A stretch of DNA of 64,000 bases from Adineta vaga. Lineage: Eukaryota; Animalia; Rotifera. The notes under the pieces were generated by a model. The model was not told the DNA's origin. It saw only the letters and a program-made list of their open reading frames with translations, and did no database searches. Within the stretch, counting starts at the first letter, position 1. The number at the start of each line of letters is the position of its first letter. The position numbers were made by a program, and so were the translations under genes. The DNA is taken from positions 19,220,001 to 19,284,000 of the forward strand of contig CP075492.1 in assembly GCA_021613535.1 (NCBI GenBank), in the 5' to 3' direction. This document shows positions 12,837 through 25,460 of the stretch, piece after piece.

Positions 12837-15453
12837 ATGAAGAATATTACAAAAATTGCTTTAATCTTAGTAGTGATTGGTATTATATCAGTAATAGCAA
12901 TTGCTACTGGATTATCCATTCATTTCAAAGGAAAATCTGATTCATCAGTTATATCATCAAGTAAGAATTCTTTTTTTTTCAATAAATTCATTTTAACATT
13001 TTTTATTAGATGAAACAACGACAACAACAACAATAATACAAGAAAGTTCATCATTAGGAGGTAAATTAATAAATATTTATCAACATTTCACTTTCATTTT
13101 TATTCAAGGTGTTTCAACAAATCAAAATACAACTACGACAGTTTATAATTCAAGTAGTACTACTGTTAGCAATTCTTTAGCAAGTACCACTAGTCTTACA
13201 AATGTTCCAACTAGCAGTACTCGTATTACTAATGGTGTAGCAAATAGTACTACTGTTACCAGTATTGCAACAGCAACAAATAATAATACAAGTACAAGTC
13301 AAACTAGAACAAATAATCTAACAGGTTTGTTTATTTTAATATATTTTCTAAATAAAAGATATGATTAATTTTCTAATATTAGGTTGTCAACAAAGTTTTG
13401 GCGTTTTTTTCAAAAATTTTATTTTTGTTTTTTCACTTCAAAAGTACAACTAGTTTTCAGATATATATTTACCATTACTATCTACCACTTGTTGCCAACG
13501 CTCTGGCAGAGACATGATCCCGCGCTCGTAGAAGTCCTGGGATTTTTCATCAAAGAACTTGACAAGCTCCGTTTTGACATCGCTTTCGTCGTCGAACTTT
13601 TTATCACGTAAATCATTCGAAAGAGATCGAAACAAATGGTAGTCTGTTGGAGCCAAGTCAGGGGAATAAGGTGGATGAGGAATGGTAATCCAGCCGAGCT
13701 TCAATAATTTTTCACGGGTCGACTTTGCTACATGTGGTCTAGCGTTGTCATGTAAAAAATAAACTCGATCCTGCTTTCCCTTGAGCTTTTCTGCAACCCG
13801 ATCCAATTGTTGACAGTACAGATCAGCAGTGATGGTGTAACCATTTGGTAGAACTTCCCAGTGGATAACTCCTTTGATACCCCACCAGACGCTCAGCATC
13901 AATTTCTTGGGATGGAGATCAGCCTTCGGTGTTGCTACGCCGGTTTGACCAGCGCTCAGCCACTGACGTCGACGCGTGTAGTTAACATACAACACCCACT
14001 TCTCATCACCAGTAATCAGATTGGATAACCATTGGTAGTTGCGGTGAGATGTGATTAAATCCATACATGCATCAACTCTCTGTTGCAGCTGATGTGCCGA
14101 TAATTCATGAGGTATCCATACCTTATATTTCCAGGTCTTGCCTAATTCGTTCAGATGTTTTTCCACCGTAGTATGAGAGCACCCGAGCTGCTCTGCTAAA
14201 CACCGTAAAGTCAGTCGAGGATCTTCTTCGTTAAGCTGCTTTAAAAAGTCCACATCCACTTCCATTGGTCTACCAGATCGAGGTAAGTCGTCGAGTTCTA
14301 AATCGCCATTCTTGAAATGATTGAACCAACGTTGCGCGGTACGAGTGGAGACTAGACCCTGACCCATCGTGCCGCATATGTTGCTGGCTGCTTCCGTTGC
14401 TTTGTGCCCCAAACGAAATTCATGAAGTAAAAGCACTCGAACCTCTCTATGAGAAAGATTCATCTTTGACTCGACATCAACGTCCATATCAACGATTTTT
14501 TTTATCATTCAAAAGACATTCATGTCCTATATATATACCCTTAGTATGGAAACTTCTAGAACTTTCTTGGTTGTTCTACAAGATTTTAGAAAAAAACGAC
14601 AGAACTTTGTTGACAACCTAATAGTAGTAACTCGAATATTATCATCAATATCAATAATTGATCAAGCATATTGTCGTAAAGATACATGTTGGCCATCACT
14701 CTATTATTTTGAAGCATATGAAATGATTGTAAATATAACTGATTATTATACAATAAAAACTGATGGTACTTTAGATACATATGGTTATTTATATAATAAT
14801 ACATTTAATCCATTTATTCGTTCATTAAATTTAATACAAGAAGATGATAATAATGGTACTAATAATCAATTTATGCTTAATATGATATTTCAATCATCAA
14901 TTAAATATATTATTGTAGTAACAACATTTACTGCAGATACAGTTGCACCTTATATGCTTATTATTACTGGTCCTACATCAGTTCAACTTACTCAAATAAT
15001 TGGAGCAGGTAAAACAAATGAAATTTCTATAATGGAAATCATATTTTTTTTAATAAAAAAGGTTTACAATCTCAACAAATAATTTATTCATCTTCTTTAA
15101 CACGTAATAGTTTATCATATTGTCAATTTCGAAATTGTTCTCTTAATACAATTTATTATTATATGTCATTTCGTATAAATGTAAGTATGAATTCTACATA
15201 TCTAATATCATCTAATAGTGATATTGATACTGTTGGATATATTTATAAAAATTCATTTAATTCATCTAATCCATATGAAAATCTTTTAACATATGATGAT
15301 GAAAGTGCTGGTTATCATCAATTTGCTTTATATTTAATGATTAATCCTTTATCAAATTATATATTAGTTCTAACAACATATGCTCATAATCAAACAGACT
15401 CATATTCACTTTTAGTTGATAAAGCAGATTCTATTAATTTAACTCCAATATAA
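12837..15453 (+). CDS. Multi-exon type II membrane protein with a Thr/Ser-rich stalk and two repeated C-terminal domains (DTxGYxY...DD...QF); mariner inserted in intron 3
   Basis: MKNITKIALILVVIGIISVIAIATGLSI signal anchor. GT-AG introns at about 12961, 13061, 13325 and 15009. The duplicated domain appears in ORFs 14522-15082 and 15163-15453. Confidence 0.7.
13379..14621 (-). mobile_element. Full-length mariner (DD34D) transposon
   Basis: TIRs TTAGGTTGTCAACAAAGTT / AACTTTGTTGACAACCTAA, TA duplication (13377-78 and 14622-23), intact transposase. Confidence 0.95.
13450..14508 (-). CDS. Mariner transposase
   Basis: HTH region, WIPHEL, TGDEKW, HDNARPH and YSPDLAPTDY motifs; 34 residues counted between the last two Asp. 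Confidence 0.95.
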   Translation of the reverse strand: MIKKIVDMDVDVESKMNLSHREVRVLLLHEFRLGHKATEAASNICGTMGQGLVSTRTAQRWFNHFKNGDLELDDLPRSGRPMEVDVDFLKQLNEEDPRLTLRCLAEQLGCSHTTVEKHLNELGKTWKYKVWIPHELSAHQLQQRVDACMDLITSHRNYQWLSNLITGDEKWVLYVNYTRRRQWLSAGQTGVATPKADLHPKKLMLSVWWGIKGVIHWEVLPNGYTITADLYCQQLDRVAEKLKGKQDRVYFLHDNARPHVAKSTREKLLKLGWITIPHPPYSPDLAPTDYHLFRSLSNDLRDKKFDDESDVKTELVKFFDEKSQDFYERGIMSLPERWQQVVDSNGKYISEN

Positions 15454-15679
15454 AAAAAAACATTTTTTTTTTGTTTTCTTTCATTGAATTAAATCATTTC
15501 CGTTTTCAATCATTATAACAATGAAATCTTTTTTTATGCTTCTTGAAAATAAAAGAGTATAGTCGAAAATAATTTCCTATATCATCAACGTTGAATTTAA
15601 TAGAGAATTTATTACAAAAGAATGATTTGGAAAATAATTAAAGTTTTTTTTTCAATTATTTTGTTGATATGAATGAATA

Positions 15680-15876
15680 CACTCTAAAAAAATAGGAGTT
15701 TTACGGAACCTGTATCCAGTGGAAGATCCTTTGAGGTTTCGTAACGAATTACTGAACCAAAAAACGTTCGATTGAATCTTCATCGATCTTTTTTTAGTTG
15801 GGCAAATCGATACGAAACCTCAAAGGATCTTCCCTAGGATACAGGTTCGGTAAAACTCCTATTTTTTTTTAGAATA
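15680..15876. mobile_element. Foldback/MITE with ~65-bp terminal inverted repeats starting CACTCTAAAAAA
   Basis: CTAAAAAAATAGGAGTTTTACGGAACCTGTATCC..GGAAGATCCTTTGAGGTTTCGTA is mirrored by TACGAAACCTCAAAGGATCTTCC..GGATACAGGTTCGGTAAAACTCCTATTTTTTTTTAG. Confidence 0.8.
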
Positions 15877-16967
15877 TACCTATACCAATAGTATTTATGG
15901 TGTTGGAAGTATTGGTATTGTTACATCCGTACTCAAAATATTGTTGATTATAATGAACAAAAAATAATTCATAATGATAAAATTTCTTAAAATAAATAAT
16001 ATTTATCTTTCTTTTTTTTTTCTAAATTGTTAAATATGTAGAAATAAATAATTATAGAAAGTCTTTTCCAACTGTCTTCTTTTTCTAACACAATAAATTC
16101 TCGTTATATTCGACTAAAAAATATATATATTGACCGAGAAAGAAAGATAGTTCAATCTTTATAGGTTATGCAAATTGGACTATCATTCCCTTTGTTTCTG
16201 TGTGTATTTAAATGAATAAGCGAATGATTATTTCATATTATAAATAAAAATGACATGAACAACAAAATCATCTTCAATGAAAATAATAAGATGCTTTTGT
16301 TTTCTTATATTTATGTTATATTGATCCAACAAATATACAACGACGACCATTAAAATTAAAACCATTTGTTAATCGACTTAATTCTGATTTAATCTTTTAC
16401 GTTTATCTTCCTTTTTTTATAATCATTATAACACTTATTGGTTCAATTATTCTTGTTATTACTCAATGTTTTCAGACAATTTCTTCAATTGAATCACAAA
16501 TTTCACATCCTGCATAAATACATGCCGTTCTACTATACAATATAAAAGACATTTATTTTTCGTTGTTTATTCATATTTGAAAAAAAAAACTTTCTTCTAT
16601 CTTTTTCGATATAACTAATTGTGATCAATAGAACTAGTGGTACAAACCATACCGCTATAAGACAAATATGAATATCAGATTCAGAGTTAGAACCGAACGA
16701 GTTCTTTTTTTCTTCATCCAATCGGTTCATTTTTAACGCCAAATATCAGAAAAAAATCATCCATATTATACAATATATCTTGTTTACTAAGGTAACAACA
16801 TAAATTGAAAAAATATTTTGATGATGTTTTTCTGTTGTTGTTATTGTTCATATGATAACAAAGATAAAAGTAAATTTTAAATAAATGATAACAAAATAGA
16901 GTTTCAGTGAATTTAAGAAGAAAAAATTTAACATTGAAATATTTCTACGATAAATATAAGTTGTTCT

Positions 16968-17618
16968 ATGGATGAAGATACAATATTTATTAATTTACTA
17001 ATAGATGAACAAATCTTAGGTAAATTTCGACATAGTGAATGTTGTAATTCAATACAAACAATATGTATTTTAACTAATCATCGTTTATTAATTCGTTGGA
17101 AACAAACATTATGTTGTTGTTTTCATCAATCATTTTATTCATCAATTTCTTTAAAATCAATTGATCGTATTGATGAAACAAGCCCAAATCGTTATTATTT
17201 TATTTGTTCTTTAATAATTTTAATAATTAGTATTATTTCAATTATTCTTGGAAGTATTTATAGTCGAGTTAACGATTTCATTGCAAAATATACAGGTTAT
17301 GGAATACTGATTGCTGGTATTCCTCTTCTTAATATTAGTTTAATAATTGCAATTTGGTTATTTAGTATTTTACGAAAAAAATATGTTACTATTCATCATA
17401 CATCGAATAAAGTTAACTTAAAATTTAAAAAATCTGTAGCAAGAGATTTAGAAATGAAATTAAGTGAAGCGATTTATATGACGAAATTAGAAAATAATAA
17501 TCAAATTTCATCAATTACACAACCAATTATGAAGAATTATAATTCACCACCTATAATGAAATATTCAGCTTTTAATCAATCTTCATATATTTATGAAGAA
17601 ACATCACAAGGATTTTAA
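16968..17618 (+). CDS. Two-TM membrane protein of unknown function
   Basis: Intronless 216-aa ORF with two hydrophobic segments flanked by a PH-like LTNHRLLIR motif; AATAAA downstream. Confidence 0.7.
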   Translation: MDEDTIFINLLIDEQILGKFRHSECCNSIQTICILTNHRLLIRWKQTLCCCFHQSFYSSISLKSIDRIDETSPNRYYFICSLIILIISIISIILGSIYSRVNDFIAKYTGYGILIAGIPLLNISLIIAIWLFSILRKKYVTIHHTSNKVNLKFKKSVARDLEMKLSEAIYMTKLENNNQISSITQPIMKNYNSPPIMKYSAFNQSSYIYEETSQGF

Positions 17619-17689
17619 AAAAACAATTATTTTACCTTTTCTTTTCTTTTCTTTTTTTTATTGAATAAAGAAACACAAACTATCGTAAA

Positions 17690-17708
17690 ATCTTGAGAGT
17701 GTGGGTGA
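17690..17708. repeat. Telomere-like palindrome, G-rich arm only
   Basis: ATCTTGAGAGTGTGGGTGA. Confidence 0.6.
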
Positions 17709-18177
17709 TCTCTTTATACCTTTATCGATATTCTTAATAACTAAAGATTTAATGCAAAAGTATATCAAGCCCCATACTGTCTGTATGACAACTTTGAGAA
17801 TAATATGACTACACAAAGGCTTAATCTGTATATTTTTTATCGTGGATTAATTTGTATATCTAAACAATTGATTAATCAATACTTATATCTACATGTTCTT
17901 CAGTTTTTCGTCCTTCGGAACAGAATCAATAATTTCTTTTTCTCCTGTGCGAATAGGGGAAAAAGTAAGAATGAAAAAACTATTACCTGCATAAAAAGCC
18001 ATAAATAACACTTGAAGGCATTTTAATAGGTCAGACAAAATAATGTTGTTTTTTCTTATTTCAATAGAAAATCTATGCATTTCATTTCCGTTTTTTCTTC
18101 ATTCATTATATCAAAAATAGTTTCGTTGTTTGTAAAAATTGAGTATTTCATTCCTTATCTTTCCATTCAGATAGGTT

Positions 18178-18660
18178 TTGCAAAAACTATTTCATATCAT
18201 TTTACTTTATTTTATAATTCAAATTATTTGTTTAGCTCAAAACTACACAATCTTCAATTCGGCATTTAATTCGGTATCAAATTGTTCTTCACAAAAATAT
18301 ACGACCTTCTATAATGTCTGTGGGATTTGTCCTTCATCAGCCGCGCTTTGTTTTGCTTATCGTACAATAGATAACAAAACTTATTATGCTCCTGGTATTC
18401 TTTGTTCAGAATTGAAAGTATAGTACTGATAACGTAACTATTGCACGAGCTGGTCCCGCGTCATGTTTGCTAAGAAATGGAAAAGTATTATTAATTAGCG
18501 AATATATAAATACTGCTGAATTATATGATCCATCGACAGGAATCTGGATATTAATTGAAAATATGGCGAATGCACGCAAGTATCAAGGAATATTTCTGTT
18601 ATCTAATGGAGAAGTGCTTGTGGTTGGTGGATAAAGTATTGGTAATAGTGCCGAATTATG
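18178..18660 (+). pseudogene. Degraded secreted Cys-rich plus kelch-repeat gene
   Basis: Remnant LLRNGKVLL...TAELYDPSTGIW...LLSNGEVLVVGG* with stops. Confidence 0.6.
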
Positions 18661-18727
18661 TTACTATTCTGAAAGAAATCCACCAGTATTTATTTGATTC
18701 TTGACAATATCAATCAATTTGAAAAAC

Positions 18728-18788
18728 CTTGAAAGTGAGAGTAGATGTGAGTGTTGGTAAAGAAGAATATTCTCGTCCACACTCTCAA
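18728..18788. repeat. Degenerate telomere-like palindrome
   Basis: CTTGAAAGTGAGAGTAGATGTGAGTG...CCACACTCTCAA. Confidence 0.6.
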
Positions 18789-19134
18789 ATTTATCTTTGC
18801 ATTTGATTAATTCGAATAAAATTTGATCATTTTTAAGATATAAGCTATGTGATGAGTCATCTCATAAATGACGAAACTGGTCCTGGTAGCTTGTCTTTCA
18901 TCCTCATCTCTCATCTACAGCACTTTTGCCGTTGATAACTAATGGAAATTGATTCGTATATCATCTTGCGATAGGAATATGCCAGAGATAAAGTTCGTCA
19001 TTTCTTATCAGTTATTTTTTTCGTTTTTTTTCCTTTGAGTCATTTCACAAGACGATTACAGAATTTCAGTCTTTAAATAGCAAAATTCTATTTTCATTTA
19101 TCCACTCTTTTGTCTGTCAAAACAAGAATTACCA

Positions 19135-22100
19135 ATGGCGACATATTTGAAATTACCATTTTCTAATCATCAAAATTATGTGGAAATCAAACTTACATGT
19201 TCGGAAGGACCCTACAACAATACTGCTGCTGCTACTGCTGGAAGTGATGCCGAAATCGTCTGTTGTGTTGACGTAAGTGGTTCGATGTCTGGTAGTCCTA
19301 TAAACAATGTCTGTGAAGTTTTACGTGATATATATCAACGTACACAAAAAGACTATCGTCTATTCACATACAATACTCAAACAGATGTCAAACGTACATT
19401 AAAGATATTATCTGAACGAAATGAAAATCTCCAAGCCAGTGGCGGAACGTCATTTGCCAGTATATTCAATGCCATCAAAGATTATCTTCTACAAAATGCA
19501 TCAATCAAAAAGTCAATAACCTTCATATTTATGACTGATGGACAAGATAATGAACCAAATGGACCAGCTTTGCAGAAGAGTATTCAGATGCTAAAGTTAA
19601 TGTTAAGTGGAATGACAAATGTAAGTCATTTTGCAGTTATTTCTTAAATAATTCAAACTGTTCTTTTTCTCTTTTAGTCACCACCCATTACATTTCATGT
19701 GATCGGTTTCGGTGAAGTAAACGATATATTTCTTAATCAAATTCGAACATTTGGTACTCGACAAGGTGTCTTTCGTTATTCAACTGAATCCAAAGAATTA
19801 CAAAATAATTTTAATGATATGTTTGAATATGCATTGAGTGTTCGACAATTCACTATCAAATTTCTCAATGGAAAGACTTATACTGCAAATAATATCGATA
19901 ATGAAACCGTTGGTTTTCTTATGAACGATGATGATGATCTCAGTACGATCACAGAATTGACACTCATTGATGATAAATCAGCAACGACACAATTTCCTCT
20001 AGCACCGATGAAAGACATTCGTGCCATACATCTTCTCCATGCATTGAACCTTATCCAACCGGAAAACGAAGAACAAGTCAAATCAATTCAAACCTCTTTG
20101 AATGATATTAAAATAACAAACAGCAAAAATTTTGCGGAACGTCTAGAAGCGGAACAAATTTACAAGGAAATCGATCAACGTATGATGGAATATCGACAAT
20201 TGTTTACACAATTAAAAATGACTCAAGTACCTGAACGTGTAAAATTGCAATTGAGTGCATTGAGACATGATCCGCTCTTTGCTAATACGCAACGAAAGAA
20301 GAAATTAGAACTACGAGTCTATAAGAATGTCGATTATTTCAAAAAAACAGATATCAGTGGGATATTACAAGGATATAAAGATTCAATTACACCGGATGCA
20401 TGGCAAAAGATCAAAGAACAGAAACAAGATTGGGTGGATACCTATTCCAGTGAAGATATCTATGAAATTATGAGAAAATCAACGGATAATATTTTATGTC
20501 TGGGTATTTTTGTTCATCGTGATGAAGAAGCCATCAGTAATCCTGCGAAAGGTTTAAAACTTTTGAAGATGACTAATACAATTATTTCCTATGATTCGTT
20601 TATCAATGGAATGAATTTAGCAAAAAATAATCAGCAAGCGCAAGGACAATTTACTACTCTGAATGATCTCTATTCGATCTCTGGTGCTCTCGTCGATGAA
20701 CAAATCAATGCCGTCATACCTTTGTATATCAATGATGAACATATGAAACGAATCCGTATACTTGAAGGTATCTGGCTTGGTTATCTCTATACTTTAGATA
20801 GTTGCGGATATGATAAACAACAGGAAGTTGCACTTTTAAAACTACTCTATGAAATTATTCAACAACGTACGAATACTCAACGACAAAAACAAATCGTAGT
20901 TGAATTGGAAAGAGTATGTCGATTTATAGTGGATGAATCCCAAGGTTTTAAAACAGCGGAACAATTTGGTGAGAAGACCTATGAAAAATTATTGAAGCGA
21001 CTGCCTATTGGCAATACTGAAGAGTATGATTTATCTATACCATTGATGATTGGTTATTTAAGAAATGATCTTACGTCTGTTCTCGTACCAATTTACTATG
21101 AATATCTTCGACAAGAATATCTAAAAAAATATTCAAAGAATTCAATGACAGTTAAAACAATTGTAGAAAATCTTGTCTATGGTTGTAATGCGAAACATTC
21201 ACCAACTACTACTTCCAGTACAAATAACTCGAACACATCAATCAATAACAACTTGCCGGATTTTATTGAAGAAAGTTTTATCAATTATTTCCATGATCGA
21301 TCATCGCCACCAATTCTATTAACATCAGAAATGATAACCAAACTAAATTGCACACGAGTAATACATGAAGAAGTCGAAATGAATTATATCAAAATTTTGC
21401 TCTTACCATTACCTGATTTTATTCGAACGATGTTAAATCTTTGTCAAATTGACGAAGATTACATAGAAAAACATTTAGATTACAACACGTTAAGATATGA
21501 ATTATTGATTACATTTTATTATATGATTTATTCTGATACAAATAGTGGAAAGCTATTAAATTTACCGAAGAAAGAAAATATTTTATCTATTATTGATAGC
21601 AGATTGCAGAGTAAGTAGGAAATTGAAGAAAACTGATTGAAAAAAGAGATTTGATGTATATTTTAGGTGAGAAAGAACCTGTCATTTCTCATTATTCCTG
21701 GGAAAATGTTCGTCTTGCCATTTCTGCTGCTTTGAATTGTAAGACATTGGAAGGTTTTGCTGGTATTATGTGCAAGTATTGTCCGGACCGTTCTGATGGA
21801 TTATTTAGTGCAATTTTTTTACAATTACTTGAATCATATGATAAAAATGAGGGTGATACTGATGGCACAGCAACCAAGAAAGAGAAACTCATGGCTTTAC
21901 TTAAAAATCAAATTTCAACAAAAACATCAACTAAAGTCATTTACAATGATATGGATCAATGCGATTCAATACCATCTTTCGATGAAGCATTAAGATCATT
22001 ACGGCAATTTATTGATGAAAAGAAAGTTGAAGATGTCGCATTACAAAATCGAGGAAGATTAGTAGTTTATTGTCGTAGAACACTTTGGGAAGATCGACAA

Positions 22101-22160
22101 TGTCGAAGAAAACGAAACTATCGTTATTTTTTAAATCCATTTTATGGAGATTCCTTTTGA
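19135..22160 (+). CDS. ~970-aa von Willebrand factor A domain protein (exons 19135-19620, 19678-21610, 21667-22160)
   Basis: MIDAS motif DVSGSM, GGTSF, FMTDG, VIGFG; canonical GTAAGT...TAG introns. Confidence 0.85.
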
Positions 22161-22395
22161 AACAATTTTAGTAAAGAAAATCCAGAAATCATTTGAAGAT
22201 TAAATAAATGATAAATATTAATCGACCCTATCATGTATTTCAAAAAGACATCTGAGTGTGTGTATGATTAAATTTGTTCTCACTGATTCGAGATAGAACT
22301 TAATGAGCTTTATTGATTACAATCTCAAAATTTTTATCTCCCACTCACACTCTTTTTTTAAGTAGCAAAATTCTTGTTTATATTTCCGAATATCA

Positions 22396-23520
22396 TTACC
22401 ACCATAAATGAAAGATCTCATCGGAGATCTTCAAATATTCAATAGATTTTGCGTATGGTTGAATCAGATGTTTTATGCAGTGTAAGAGGAACTCCGAATC
22501 GCGACAATCCATCGATATTAAGTGTAAATTTCGATTGTAATCATTTGTTTGTGATAATAAATATTCGACAATTTCTGATGATTTTATACCACAAATTACA
22601 TTTCTACATCGATTATTTTTTTTGTAGCTCATACTGTTTAGAAAATTTCATCTGAGTGGATTGAATCCAAACATTCTACATTATTTCTCAATTCATAAAG
22701 CTTTAATTTTCGAATATTTGGTATCAGGACATAATTGGTTGAATAAAATCTTTGAAATAATCATAAAGAAACGAAAGTGTAAAATTCAGTAACATTGTTC
22801 CAGAGGAAAGAGATATTTTAAAATAACTGGTGGAATATATTTTTCTTCCTTATAAAATCCATTACGATGCAAAACAAATTGTGTAACATTTGAAGAATAA
22901 TCTATATCATTAATCAAGGTTTTTGAGTATTTCATTTCAATATTATAAACTGAACTTGGCTGAATTTTTCCATTAATAAACAAATTATTTGTATTTTGTC
23001 CTTATCCACATATATTGTAAAATGGGTTTTTACTTAAAGAAAAAACAAATCAGAAACTTTCATTTTATATTACAAAATGGAAATAAATTCTTACCGATAA
23101 GGATTATCATTCCATGTTGAAATACGTATATAAAATTTCAAGATGATGAAAAACATATTTAAGATAGTTGGAAGATTTTTTCATATATAAGATTTCTTCC
23201 GACTTCAGAACAGATGTGAATAATGATTAACAAAGTAAGATTGGGTAAGACAAATAGAACATTTAAAAATTGATTCAGATGATCAGATGAAATATCACGG
23301 ATAATCAATGTTTGAAGTTGAATGAATTTGGGAATAATTGAATAAGAAATGGATTTGTTAAATAAAGTGATTGAATTCGATGTTGATTTTGATATTGAAT
23401 CAAGATGAATATTATAATAGGAGAAGTTGAATTGATGAAAAGATTTTGAAAACGTTGATTATAGGATTGAAAAAACTTTCATATGATTGAAAATAATGAA
23501 GATATTCAAATAAGATTAGG
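22396..23520 (-). pseudogene. Degraded F-box/LRR-like gene
   Basis: Fragmented LRR-like frames (IPKFIQLQTLII, IPNIRKLKL) with many stops. Confidence 0.45.
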
Positions 23521-23948
23521 ATTTACAAACGAGCGGCTTAAGCCATAGTAATAGCATTAAAGTATGGACTTCAATCTGATTGGTCGTGATGTGTTTGGCT
23601 CATTTTCCATGACCGAAGAAATCTCATAATAACAGCAACAACAACATACTTCAGTAAAAACAACTCAATTGATGCTTATTAGTATATGTTCTCTTAGAAT
23701 TTGACGATCTCTATGCAACCACATGAAAATATCAAAGAAAAATGGTTTAGTATCTTACGGGATAGGTAAAATTTTTGTATTTAAAGCAAAATAAGAGTCG
23801 CTCATGCGGTATACTGATGTGTACTGGTATACCCTTTAGAAATATGAGTAAACCTTCACTCTTTTTCATTCTGTTATTTTATTTCTCCTTTATCGAGCAT
23901 ATAAATAGTTTCTTTCTCTCTCGTCACATGATGGTAATAACGAAACGA

Positions 23949-24359
23949 ATGTCGCAAGCAAAGCAAGAAGCGCTCGAGTGGCTCGAACGATTTCATGAAG
24001 TTAATAGCTTCTTGAATGCAGAGAAATTCGTTACTGAATTCTTTACTGAGGACGCAGTTATGCAGTACGCTAACAATCCTCCTGTCAAAGGTCATCACGA
24101 TTTGATTCAAAACTTCAAAGCAAACTTTGATCAAGTAGACATGCTGGAACATGAAACTGAACATGTTGATGTTCTACCTGATCGAATTTATCAAACTATA
24201 TATGTCTCATTCAAAATCAAGGGTGATCCGGAAGTGGTTCGTCTACGCGGTTTACGTGTTTTTCATAAAGCACCTGAGGAACAAAAGATGCAACGGTACG
24301 ATGTCTTCGCTGATATAACGCCGATAATGGAGAAAATCAAGCGTAGACAGCAAGTCTGA
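23949..24359 (+). CDS. SnoaL/NTF2-like small protein (fungal/bacterial-like)
   Basis: FFTEDAVMQYANNPPVKG motif and C-terminal YDVFADITPI; intronless; likely start at ATG 23949. Confidence 0.75.
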   Translation: MSQAKQEALEWLERFHEVNSFLNAEKFVTEFFTEDAVMQYANNPPVKGHHDLIQNFKANFDQVDMLEHETEHVDVLPDRIYQTIYVSFKIKGDPEVVRLRGLRVFHKAPEEQKMQRYDVFADITPIMEKIKRRQQV

Positions 24360-24461
24360 AACTATTCCATGCTCTCTCTCTAATATGTTTTTTTGAAATT
24401 AAATAAACTAGCGAAACATTTTGTCTTATTGACATCAACTGATTTGTAAAAGAATACACGA

Positions 24462-24520
24462 ATGAGTGAGGGTATAAGCGAAAGACGATAAGAAATCTCC
24501 CTTCACACCCATCCTACAAG
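24462..24520. repeat. Degenerate telomere-like palindrome
   Basis: TGAGTGAGGGTATAAGCG...CACACCCATCCTACAAG. Confidence 0.55.
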
Positions 24521-25398
24521 TTTTCTTCAATTATCAAATGCACGCATTTCGATTGAAAAAATAACCTCTGAAGTCTTCAGGTAGTTATTTCTAGGTTTAG
24601 TATGTACTTAAAAAGTATTTGAAATACTTGCAATACGTACCATCTTATGAGTTCATCGATTGTTTCGTAATATTTCCACTATAATCACTGAACATCCTGT
24701 CATCATAGTTGATTTTGATCAAATAAACTGTTGTCTTTTACATAAAAAAGCAGGGTGGCCAAGATCATCCGAATTGTATTATTCTTAAATATCTTCTTAT
24801 TATTACATTTTTTTATTGAAAATTTTGAAGATTCGATAGTGCGATATTTTTGTTTTCTTGTTATCATTGGATAGTTCATTTATTCTGATGAGTAAGAAGA
24901 GAAGATACAACATGTTAAATATCTGTTTCCAAATATTTTCATATCTGAAACTTATTTAAATAGTTTTATTCAGCATTTTATTTTCTCAAAAAATCAGACG
25001 AATCAAGAATATCTTTTTAAAAAATTAGTCTGAACGAAAATGTGATTGAACGTGTCATTTTCTATTAGCACTATATGTGATGTACTTGTTTTAATTCTAT
25101 AATCATGATGAAATATAATATGTATACAAAGAAAAAAGTTAAGTTTAGAAAGTGTTGCTATCTGAAAAATTCAAACTTAAATCTTAAACAGTTGAAGATC
25201 GCTTTCTGAGATTTCAATCTGGCGACTCAGTTATGTATACACACCAATGAAGATCGAATATCCTAAGTTGTCAGTATATACTTGAATAAGTGATTCCCAT
25301 CGATTTCCATTCAAATATGTTTGTTCTACACGTGTTGAAATATATTAAACTTGAACATGATGAAAAATATATTTAATCAAAAGTTCAAAACCATCAAA

Positions 25399-25443
25399 AT
25401 GAGAGTGTAGTTAAGAAAAAAGACCCACACCCACGCTCACCCA
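25399..25443. repeat. Degenerate telomere-like palindrome
   Basis: TGAGAGTGTAG...ACCCACACCCACGCTCACCC; about 17 bp past the ART stop codon. Confidence 0.65.
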
Positions 25444-25460
25444 GTTCTTAACATGGATCT

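Noticed and set aside
15878-16518. Possible GPCR-like remnant (GVGSIGIVTSVLKILLI ... LIFYVYLPFFIIII)
   Set aside because: The fragments are too short and disrupted to support a call by eye.
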